A stretch of DNA of 64,000 nucleotides from Trichosphaerium sp. ATCC 40318 (taxonomy: Eukaryota; Protista; Tubulinea): assembly GCA_038496445.1 (NCBI GenBank), contig JALMLS010000093.1, positions 806,001 through 870,000 of the forward strand. Direction: 5' to 3'. This document shows positions 37,065 to 48,065 of this stretch, piece by piece. Position 1 is the stretch's first letter; each line of letters begins with the position of its first letter. The translations under genes were made by a program, and so were the position numbers. The notes below the pieces were generated by a model. That model saw only the letters and a program-made list of their open reading frames with translations. It was not told where the DNA came from and searched no databases.

Positions 37065-38697
37065 TTAATCAATCCAATCATCACTATCATATTCCTCTTC
37101 ACCGTTTTCAACACCGTCACCATTATCTTCATCGCTAGATGGTGTCCAGAGGATAATAGTACCATCTCTACCACCACTATACAGCTCCTAAGAGAGGAGT
37201 TGCTAAATATTCTCCTAAATACAAACAAAAGACATACCTGAATTGTTTTGTGAAAGAAACAACAATTAACACCCTCATAATGTCCAGCAAGTTGATTCAC
37301 ACTCTCACCAGTCAAGATATTATAAACACCTATCTCACGTCCATTTGGATGGTAAACAAGTTCACTATTTGTCGAAGTACAGAACTGAATACCAAGCGTC
37401 TTTCTGTTTCGTGTAACAGGATAATGAACCTACATCATATTTGTAAGCAAAAGCAACACAAGTCAGAATAGTTACCTGCATATTTTTGAAGGTTTCAACG
37501 TCCCATAAACGTAGCTTATGGTCAGATCCAGATGTCATCAAGTAATTGCCATCAGGTGTAAAACATACTCCACCCACAGCGCCATTATGTGCTAGGGGCA
37601 CATTGTGATCTATTAAGGATTATTTTGGTTAAAACAAAGTCAGGGTATTCTTTTCTTTAACACGTTTTGTCGTACATCTTTTAATACGTTTTTTATCATG
37701 TGCTGCTTTCTTCGGTGTGTTTATCTTTGTTTTATACATATCAAGTACCTTAAGGACACCTGCACGACGAACATCCCATATCCTCACTGTACCATCTGTA
37801 CCACCGCTAGCAAGCATATGTTCTTTTCCTGCACTCCATGATACGCTCAACACAGACCCTTTATGACCTATGTATAATTTAGTAATTGAAGTACTTTAAC
37901 TGTCACATATTGGTGGTTCAAGGATCGTGCAAAAGCTCGAAAGAAAGTTTTTAAAAGGAGTTTTTTGATAAATTTTTCTTTTTTTGTGACACGAACCTTC
38001 AAGGATATGTGTTGACGTTCTAGATCTTAAATCGCATAGATGAACCAAACCATCAAAATTTGCGGCTGCTATAAGGTCATGTGATTGACAAAGAGCTGAT
38101 ACAGATGCTCTATAAATCTTTCCTCCAAGCTTAAATTTATGTGCAACAACCATGCTTCCTGTGTCCCATATATTCAACGATCCGTCGTAACTTGCTGTGA
38201 AGAAAAGACCATTATCACGTGGAAACCAAAGAGCACTCGAAACTCCATTTCTATGAGCCTGAGGGTGCGTAATTCTGAGTTTTATGTAAATTAAAAAAAA
38301 ACAAGAAAAAAAAAAGTTCCGTACGTTGTAATTTGATATCTAGGTGTTAAAGTGATAACGCTTTCGCTTCTCAAGGTTGGTCCCATATCGAATAAGGCCA
38401 CGCCAGGTTCGTTACTTCCAACAAGAAGACTAGAGACCAAGTTAAATTAAAATAACGTTTTGATATTGCTATTACAATCTCTTTGCGCTATGGTCCATGT
38501 CCATACAGTTTACAGGCCCTGGATTAGCTAATTTCCTATCTACGAATTTTGACACGCTTATATCTACCATGTACGTTCTTTTCTTTGCGACTGCGTCCGA
38601 AAGCACCTATTTTAGTGTTGATTTACATTTTTTGTTTAATAAAACGTACTGTTGGTTTGTGAAACCCGATTTCTCGGTACATCATATACTTGAGCAT
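37065..38697 (-). CDS. ERCC8: DNA excision repair protein ERCC8/CSA (Rad28), WD40
   Basis: WFPRDNGLFFTASYDGSLNIWDT, LCDLRSRTSTHILEGH, GTVRIWDVRRAG, AHNGAV, ELYSGGRD; acidic DDW tail. Confidence 0.88.
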
Positions 38698-38911
38698 CCT
38701 TGCCCATAGTTACGTGAAGTTTAAACGTACACGAAAAGTTTACAATTTGTCAATGAGACTTAACCAGTCGCAATTAAGACACCTCAACTATCTTTCAATG
38801 CTCGAGTGGGCATCCAACCTGATACATGTAGTTAGTTCATGTTGGTCGTGTCCATTCTAAACTTTGAGCTTGTGCTCCAGCTTGCTGTTAAAACAATTTA
38901 TTACACCAATA

Positions 38912-39948
38912 TTATGTCTTTATGTACAAGCCTTCCTTAGGTATGCTACTCTCCGCTTCTGCGGTTTCTGGTGCAACAAATTCCTTGATGAGCTTTTTCT
39001 TTTCACTTTTTTTCTTAGGTACAGGTGGCGGAAGTCTTTCAAGGCGTTCATCAACAGTAGTCACACGTGCACCAATATAATTTTCCCAAAAAGTCATCAA
39101 TCTTTTAATAAAAGGAAAAACATGTCTGTAGTCACCATGCTTTATAACTTTTCCGCCTGTACCATCTGTATGCCTATACATGGTTTAAGTATTACTATAA
39201 CATCTAATATACGTACCAGGTCGCTGTCCCAACAGTCATGTTAATGTACACTTGGTTTGCTTTGTTGTAATCCATATTTACAAGATGCTCCTTAATAGAC
39301 ATAAGGCTTCCAAGAACCTACATGAGTTTGTTAGTCGTCTTTTACAACTATCTAACATACATCACTAGTTACACTATTTGACGTAATGGCCGGTATAAGT
39401 GTGTCAAATATTGCTGTCTTCGTTGCAACTACTGTCGTCTTTGAGAAAAATGTGTAAGAGCATTTATCAAAACAAAACAAACACGTGACATTACCTCACC
39501 AAACACATTGTGACTTTTAGCTATATGACATAAGACGCAAGTAAGCTTTGTGTTGGCGTTTTGACGTACATAATTCTTCTGCAATAGCGACTATTGTCTC
39601 GAAAAATAGCACAAGGTCGGAGGCTGTTTTTCTTTGATTTAGAAATTTCTCGATACGTCCTCCGTAGCGAGTGTTAGCATACGGATTACGTTTTACTGGT
39701 AGTTTAGGTTCCAATAAGCCGGGTTTAACGTCTGAACTGTCAGTTTTTGGTTTTTTGTGTGCTCTAGAGCTTAATTGGCAATAACGGCATCTACACGCAC
39801 GTACTTGACGTATTTACCGTCTGCTTTTAGCTGTTTACGTTTCTTGTTTTGTTTTTGCTTCCTACGTTGATTCTTGGTCAGTTTAGGCGTAGAATCTGTT
39901 TTTGAATGTAAGAATAGCCTATCTACAACATTTAGACTCGCCTGTCAT
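38912..39948 (-). CDS. Divergent Prp18-like protein
   Basis: DYNKANQVYINMTVGTATW resembles Prp18 (E/D)YxxANxxYLxMAIGNAPW; FIKRLMTFWE resembles LKRLMT. Basic N-terminus; first intron is GC-AG. The 3' end is uncertain. Confidence 0.6.
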
Positions 39949-40332
39949 GTAACTTGACTAACAAGACGTTGTTTTTGTTTATTGTCAACGTGGAACGAGC
40001 GACATTTTTACATAGGCATTTGTCGTTACAAGTCCATAGAGTTCACAGATTAGTTGCACATTTGTATGGTTAGAATTGTCAAAGCATAGTTTGCTATTTT
40101 TATCCCCTGACCAGTAACTTCTTCAATCCATTGAGTCAACTTGATTTCCTTTATGAGTGTTGGGACGAGTATGAACATTATTGGTATCAACGTTAGGTTC
40201 AGAAGGATTGAATGATGCAAAAATGGGTATACAAGTACCAAGTCAAGCTAGTTAGTTTTGATTATGTACCAGATGTGGTCTGTAATGCGAGGAGGTAAAG
40301 ATTGTTAATTTTTTATTGTGCTGAGTTACCAT

Positions 40333-42767
40333 TCAGTAGTATTCAACATCTTCAGTATTTTTATACTGTTTTCGTCTAATATAGCAAGCAAACGCAAAAA
40401 CGACAATACTGATGATTAATAATATACCTTTAAAAATACAATTAGAAGAAAAAAACAAGAAAAAAAATCTTGGGTGGTTTTTACTTACCAACAGCAACGA
40501 ATAGAGCGATAGATTTAAAGTCCACCAACAACGTAGGAGGTGGTAGAGAAAAGTTACAGTTGGTGGAATTAGCAAACCCAATGCGTTTGTTTGTCCTATC
40601 GAACACAGTGTATAGTGGTCTCATGAACATATTACCTAATACTATTGTAGCATCAGAGATGGTACCATTGTTAAGCTAAAGCAACAAGTAAGAAACAAGT
40701 GAGAAACATTTGATAACAAAGAAAAGGTACAAATAGAAAAATCTTGCTGTAACGTTTTATGTACCACAGACAGTGTGCTAAATCCGAAACTGTATTGAGG
40801 AGACCCTCCAACCACTTGGTTTTTTAGGTAGGATGTAGGAGGTAGATTTACTTTGAATGGAATACCATCTGTACCAGGAAACTCAAATTGAATATCAGGG
40901 TAGCTAAAAATAAAACATATTAATTACAACCCATTTGTAACATGAGGTTATTGCTTACTTTGCCACATCGTCTGGTGTCATGAAAAACCATTTAGCAGTA
41001 TTAAATATACTATCAGTAACGGGTAAAGGTACACCTACACTGGTATTATTGTATTAAACTTTCATAGTCGCTGTACCTTTAACACAGAGACCTGGGATAT
41101 CTGTGATTAAAACGTATGGTGTTAGTAACAAAAACGGTTATTCTTACCACAAGATAAAACGTACCACTAAACTGTTGTCCTTGGCTACAACGATCAAACA
41201 TTGATTTCTTCATTTCATCCAAGATACTGTCAGTAACATAAATCATAGGTAACCCTATGCACAAATGAGTTTGGGTTTTTCTTCAACATAATAAAATTCT
41301 ATCTCAAAACTGGTTGCATACCACTATCTATAATCGCTTTTACAGGAGACATGCCAATGGACTCTAACAGATTGGTGTTAAAACAGCACATTGCGTAGTA
41401 TAGGACTCGTACTTTCACTCACAAACATCCCTGAAAGCACCACAATGTAATATGTCTCATTTTGAATGGGAGTATATGCCATAGAATCCTGAAAAATTAT
41501 GTTACTAAATAAACCCCAAAATTCTATCACGTACCTCTTGAACAAGAGTTTTATTTACGCCACCTAGGATAAGAGCTCCACCTGAGTCGCCTAGAAACCA
41601 TATTAACACGTTTTGATGTTAGGCGTTAAACTAAAATAGTTACTAACCAAAACACAGCGAAAACGAGTTTGCCATTTCATGTCTGCTGTGTGATACTATG
41701 TTATCGAATACAGTCGGTATAACTCCTGAGGCGGTTAAATCTCTATAAGCCAAACCCCATACACCATCAGTATTTGCTGATGAAAAATCGTTTGACACTA
41801 ATAACACGTGTTAAAAAAACCGGTTTTTTCAAAATTTGTTTTACCTGTTGTGCTCTGGAAAAAGTATACCGGTGCCTGAAATTGCGACAATTGTAAGTAG
41901 TCCCTTGTGAGAAGGCCTATACTACTATAAATACGCTTTGAAGACTCCATAAATGTCGTTTTGTCTGACAAAAAGGGAAGAACTTACCTTCCGCCCAAAC
42001 ATTGTGTTTATAATTGTATCTCATCAGACACGTTTCTTTTCCTTCAAATATGTATGGAGCTTTTGTACCACAAAATCTTTTATTGAATTTGACAAGTTCA
42101 ACCGTTTTGGATGCAGGTTCACCGTAAACGCCATCTGCGTGGCGGCAAGGAGCACCGTTTTCCTACACAACATTTAATACAACCAATTAACATCCCAAAG
42201 CTCAAGAAGAGACTAGTGTTTCACTGTAGAGTAAACAGAGGCAAAAAAATAAAATGCAAACTGAAATTGTAGATAAAGGTAACAATTATTCCAATAGCTT
42301 ATCGCTTAGCGTTTTTGGAGGGTGAGTAAAGCTTACATACCAATTCACACGTCTTTGAAACTACATACATTGCTGATGAACCAGTGTCCTGTCAAGGTGT
42401 TATATTATACGCCAATTTGAGTGTAGGTACCAAAGACAAGCGAAATGGATGTTTCTGAGTGCCAAGGCGAAATTCAACATAGTATTGTCCGTTTGCTGTT
42501 TGTAGAAGTAAGGCGGTGTTAAACAACGAATTGAAGCCACCATAGGCCTAAAAGACTCACCAAACCCAAGTGGTTTAAAAATCATGACACTTGTATCGTT
42601 TGTAGCATCCCCTTGTTCGGTGTTAGGGTATTGACGTGTATTATTATCGTACGATAGCTTTCATCAGCTTCAGGAACGCTGAATGTGCGTAAATCTGCAC
42701 CACATACGTGTAGGATACATATGAAAACGCATAGGCAAAGTGCTAACTGTCTAAGCCCAAAACGCAT
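40333..42767 (-). CDS. Membrane-anchored A1 aspartic protease (BACE/pepsin-like)
   Basis: Signal peptide; L|DTGSS; DGVWGLAY; AIIDS|G; FGNVFMRPLYTVFDRTNKRIGFA; C-terminal TM helix and short tail. Confidence 0.88.
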
Positions 42768-42995
42768 AGGATATTTACCCAGAGCGTTTCTTTTACTCTA
42801 TCAACTTCAGAGACGTAAGGTGTTTACTGTACGAGTAGTTTTGGCTATGATAATATGGTAAATATTTTTCCATGTGATTTTACACAAGCTTTACATTGTA
42901 CAAGAATTTCGCGAGCTTGTCAAGTAGAAACAACATGGTATTGAGTTGACATAATGTCAACATGTGCTGATTTTTGTTGTTCTTTGGTCTATAAT

Positions 42996-43753
42996 CTATG
43001 TTGCTCGTAGTTGGTTTTGGATGACTTGAATGTTGTACAGAGCTTCAGCAATTTGATCCCTGGCGCAAGAAATTGTAAATACAAGCGAAAAAAAACCTAT
43101 TGAGGTACCTGTTCATCTCAAAATTAACTATGGTGGACTTGTCATCATCCTATTGCGCTCATGTAAGAAGGACACTTCTTTTGATAAAAAGTGTAAATGA
43201 CGCACGTCTCCTTTGCTTAATTGCATTTCTACTAACGCTGTCACTTCATTTAGTTCTTCAGTGCTGTCTCGATATTTGGACTTGACATCTACACGCCAAG
43301 CAAAGTTTTGTAATGTATTGTTCCATCTACTCTTCTTACGCATTATTTCTTGTATCTACCAACGTAAGAGAGTGTTTAAAAGGGTTGTATACTTTTGTGC
43401 GTTGAGTCCTCCAAAATTTAGTGACGAGGCGCTGTTGTTGCTCTTCTAACGTGCTCTGAAAGTGTTAGCAACAAGAATAAACCGTTTTTTGTTCTACACG
43501 TACTTTAGCGAGTGCTTGAGTTAATTCTGGTATCTCCCAGCTCTCTGAGCTTGCCTGCTTCAGTAAACGTTGGCATGTGTTAAAAAGTGTTGTCACTTCT
43601 GTACAAAAAAATCAGTACAGTCTCCAGTTAATACCATACCATTAATGTCACCGCCAAGTTCTCCATGAAGCGAAGTGGCATTTTTGCTTTCATCATTTTC
43701 AAAGCTGTTTAATACAACAAACTTCAATACGGTAGCGAAACTTCGGTTGTCCA
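42996..43753 (-). CDS. COMMD1: COMM domain-containing protein 1
   Basis: LVTKFWRTQRTK|IQEIMRKKSRWNNTLQNFAWRVDVKS...TALVEMQL. Confidence 0.82.
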
Positions 43754-43934
43754 TTTGGCTGTCTTCTCCAATATCAATGTTGACTTGATGTTGAAGATCG
43801 CATAAATTACGCAGATTTCGGTTGAAAACAAATTTTCATTCATAAAACGACGAGTGCCACCAAGCAACTTGATTGTTAGTACTTTTAGTGGTGTTTGCTA
43901 GGGTATCAAGCTTGTAAAATTTCAAAAAGCAAAA

Positions 43935-44339
43935 ATGTCCATGTTATTTTGCCCATGGTGCTCAAATTTACTATTGATCAATAGTACAAGCACAACTGAA
44001 TTTTTTTGCCAAACATGCGATTACACCTTCGATGTTCGTGGTGAAATGCGAAAAACAGAAACAATGAAGCACGTAGACGAGGAAGACATGCTTGTTGATG
44101 AAAGTATTTCATCTATCGACTCAACAGGTACAAACACCTCATTATTATGCATACTTACGCTGTACATAGTGGCTTGTCCTAAATGCAACAAATATAAGGT
44201 CCATTTATACGAACAAGCTTTAAAACGCTAACAACTTAGTTAGGCAGCTTTCAAAGAGGTACAATTACGCTCAGCAGATGAACCAGCGACTATTTTCTTC
44301 AACTGCCAGCACTGTCATTGGCAATGGCGACAAGACTAA
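43935..44339 (+). CDS. POLR3K: RNA polymerase III subunit RPC10/C11
   Basis: MLFCPWCSNLL...CQTC; CPKC...QLRSADEPATIFFNCQHCHWQWRQD. Confidence 0.9.
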
Positions 44340-45585
44340 TTCACCCACAAACTACAATGTACCGCCAGTGGCGCGTCCATAGACCTGCACATGCGTCGTG
44401 AGCCATTTTAAAATACAAAAAAAAAGTAAAAACAGAAACAAAATTTGTCAAGACAAGCTTGTCTGTAGTAATACGAAACAACTTCTATAAACATTATTTA
44501 TTACAAGAGAATAGCCAGAGATCACATGCCACTATAAACAAGAAAAAGGTATGAAGGAGTTTCTTTGTTCGCTCGTTTCTAAGGCACTAAAGAAAGCGAA
44601 GCATGATCCACCACATAACGTTATCTTCCATCTGCTTGTATATATTATTAATCCGCTCAGCGATAGGAGGGTAATAAATTTGGCAACGTCATGCATCTTC
44701 TAAAGCACCCATCACCGAATTTCTATCAAACTCCATCATCTGAGGCGTTCTTACTCAATTTTTCAAGTGAAGTCTACACGGCGTTCTAAAAAACAAAAAC
44801 AAAACAAAATTCCTTGTTGGAGGGGCCTTTATTTTTTTTTTTGAAAATGCAGTTTTATGCCAATGCAGCTTGGTTTTTTCAATTGCAATTCGCTTCACAT
44901 TAAAATAAATTTTTGTAAATCAAAAGAAAAATCGTTTTGCCGTTGGCAAATGCCCTGAACGCCTTGTAATGGCGCCGCACATGCGTGCTATTTGCCAACG
45001 GCATGCCTGCTTTTGGTGGATTGTTTTTTTTTCGTTTGTTTATTTTCAAGCTGCGTGGAGTGCACAGGAAGGGGAAAGGTTACGTACCCAAAGCCAAGAG
45101 AAGAGCGAGAAGCTGTACTGTAAGCAGGCCAATCGTAGAGCCAATAATATTTCTACTATAGCCGTAGTGAGTTTAGATCGTCGGACAAGGCCCGTACTGT
45201 TTTACAATCATATCTGTGAGTGGGATGGAGCGTGTAAAAGCGCCAGCGCCTTGTGTATTTAGGTTTACTTTAAAAATTCTTCCCCACGACGCGTTGGTAT
45301 TGCCACGAAATTGTGGAGTCGAACTACCAGTTGGTGCTTTTTTCGCTTCCTTTTGTACTACGCTCTTCCTCGTCCTTCTGTGTATACTGCGTGTTTGATT
45401 GGACGCGCTCACGGCTCTTTGGGAGTGAGCACGGAAGACTCCATGTCTGTAGGCCTGCATTGTAACGGATGCTGAAAAGTTTCGCTAAGACTGAAAGTGA
45501 CTAATTCGTGGCTGAAAAAAAAAATTCTGAAAAACTTTGTATTAAACGCATTAACTACCGCTGGCTGTAGCGTAATCATTAACGC

Positions 45586-46458
45586 ATGTTTACACGTACA
45601 AATTTATTGCCTCCGACACAATCGTTGCGGAATGGCAGTGTTTTTCACACAGCGTCTCCTGCGTTGTACCCGCAGCTCACTGACACATCTGGTACTGATT
45701 CAATGCAATGGACAGCAACAACACGAGCTACAAGGTACTTGGGCAAAGAAATTACTAGCGTTTGCCTGACAGTTGCCGTTAAGGAATCCAGGCGTCGTAC
45801 ATCGCAGTACGCGTCATGTAATGGCTGTACATAGTAGAATGCCTCAAATTGTCCTGGAAGCGTTATATAACGTTCAAGGTGAGTAATATGCCATTATGAG
45901 ACTGTGGCGCGAAATAGTTTTGAAACCTCGTTTACTTTTCACTAGTAAAAGATCCAGCACAGTGTAGCGCAAAAATAGACGCGTCAGGTTGGGCGTGGCT
46001 AATTACAAATGGCACAATGCAAGCATCTCCCAGACTCTTTGCTTGGCAGGTCCCTAGGACTTCTTCATCGAAAAGAGTACGTGTTAGCACCTGTCAACTA
46101 CTTTTTGAAAATAAAAAACCAACCCATCAACCACAGGCAACCAATTGCTCCGATTTCCTTCTACACCAACCAAAGAAGCCTTACACAGCCGATCTCATCG
46201 CTTTGCTTGAAAGTAGGAATGGTGTAAACAACTCACAACACGTTTTATTGATTGCTTGTTCTCCTGAAGTACGCCTTAGAAACAAGTCTTGACGCTGTTT
46301 TAAGTGCACTTTGCTAACGGTTTCATTAGGGAAGAGTAACTCTTGCATCAACAGATGGAGAACACAGAACGAATGACAAGTTTATCGCACTGAAACAAGG
46401 AGAGCAATGTACAAACGTTGCGACACTCGGGGTACGTCTTATATATCTAGTATTGTGA
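45586..46458 (+). other. Putative spliced transcript without a convincing long ORF
   Basis: Donor/acceptor pairs at about 45878-45945, 46076-46136 and 46222-46329; only short ORFs after splicing. Confidence 0.25.
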
Positions 46459-46659
46459 GCGCTGGCATGTATTCATTTCTCTTGGTTGTAATTCAGTGCG
46501 GTTCGGTGCGTGGAGCGTTGAGAGTCAGTGATGTTTAAACGTGTTATTTTTTTTTTTAATGTGCTACACCAAATATTACAGTTTTACCTCTTTACAATTT
46601 TTTTTGCCATCCACCCTCTTTGTTATTACTCCTTATCTTATCATCTCATCAAATAGTAC

Positions 46660-47817
46660 TCACAGAATGAGACACCAGTTCTTTCGACGCTTTTTGTTTT
46701 TGTCAAAGCCACCTCTCTTTTGTAAAACCAGCTTTGCTGCTTGCTCAAAGGCAGCTTTTACATTTTCTGATGTTTTAGCACTTGTCTCGAAAAATACGCA
46801 ATATGATCCCCATTGTTTGGCCTAGTATATCGCGTCAACAACTTGTTATTCTCATTTTTGTTTATTTGATATCTATTTACCAGTGCTTGTGCGTCTGTTG
46901 TAGCTACAGCTCTTTCATCTGTGAGATCGCATTTGTTACCAATCTTTAACTAAAGTTAATCTTTTTGCACATTTCAAGCTTACTTTTTAGACGTGTACGT
47001 ACTACAACAATAGGTATATTCTCTTCGTCTTTTGTTTCCGATAGCATACGGTACGTGTGTTTGAGCTCGTTGAATGAGTTTGTGTCAGTGATAGAGTATA
47101 CAAGTAAGAATCCTTCTCCTTGTTCCATATACAAATCTCTCATTGGCGCGAAGTTATCCTACAAAATGTCACGTGTGAATTTTTTTCTTTTTAAACCACT
47201 TTGTTATTTCTATTTTTTGAAATGCCGTATCGATCACGTGTAGTGATTTTTTTGGTGAAAGAATACTTCAAAAAAACCAAAAAGCGTACCGCTCCGCATG
47301 TATCTGATATTTCCAACATGAATGGGTCTCCATCGATGTCACAAACCTAAAGGGGTGGCGTTGGTATGGTATTTAGTTGTTTTTTATTATCAAAAGCGAA
47401 ATAGTTACCTTTCGATATGTTTCTTCAATTGTTGGATCTAATACGCGTCAAAAACACCTAACGTATAAGTAAACGCAGTACACCGTACCGTACTCTTCAA
47501 TGAACTTGTTATCCGTAAAACAAATAGTAATGGCGGATTTTCCCTAGCAAGTGTTATTTATTGTTGGTTAAAGAAGGGCATGCAAATCCAAGTTCTTTGG
47601 GTGAAGAAGTCTTTTCTTTCGCCAAAAAATTAGACCGCTGACCTGTAGCATATTCTAATTTGAAAGTGCTCAAAGCGTTACAAAACATGTGGGCGTCGTT
47701 TCAAACCGTGTGGATAAAAAAAAAGCCCTTTTGAAGCAACACAAATTTACTTACCACTGAACCGACACCTAAGAGCACTAGTTTGATATGTTGCGGACTG
47801 GACCCGTTCTCAGTCAT
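46660..47817 (-). CDS. Ras-family small GTPase (Ras/Rap-like)
   Basis: KLVLLGVGSVGKS, YDPTIEETYRK, DTCGADNFAPMRDLYM, IGNKCDL, ETSAK, basic tail and CaaX CLIL. Confidence 0.93.
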
Positions 47818-48065
47818 TTTTTTTTATGTATATATATTTCCACACGTGTGGTTACTATACAAATAATACAGTCGCGATATTGTTACGCGATCTTTGGTTG
47901 TTTTCGAAGCCCACCGAAAATATAAGCGATTTTCTCTTTAAGGTCAACGCGAAAAAAAAGCAGCACGATACAACCAATTGGGTGTTTACAGATTTCCTTT
48001 ACCATCAAGCCTCACTTGCTAATAATAACCTTCTTTTTTGGTTTAAAAGGATTAACTCCGTGTAG

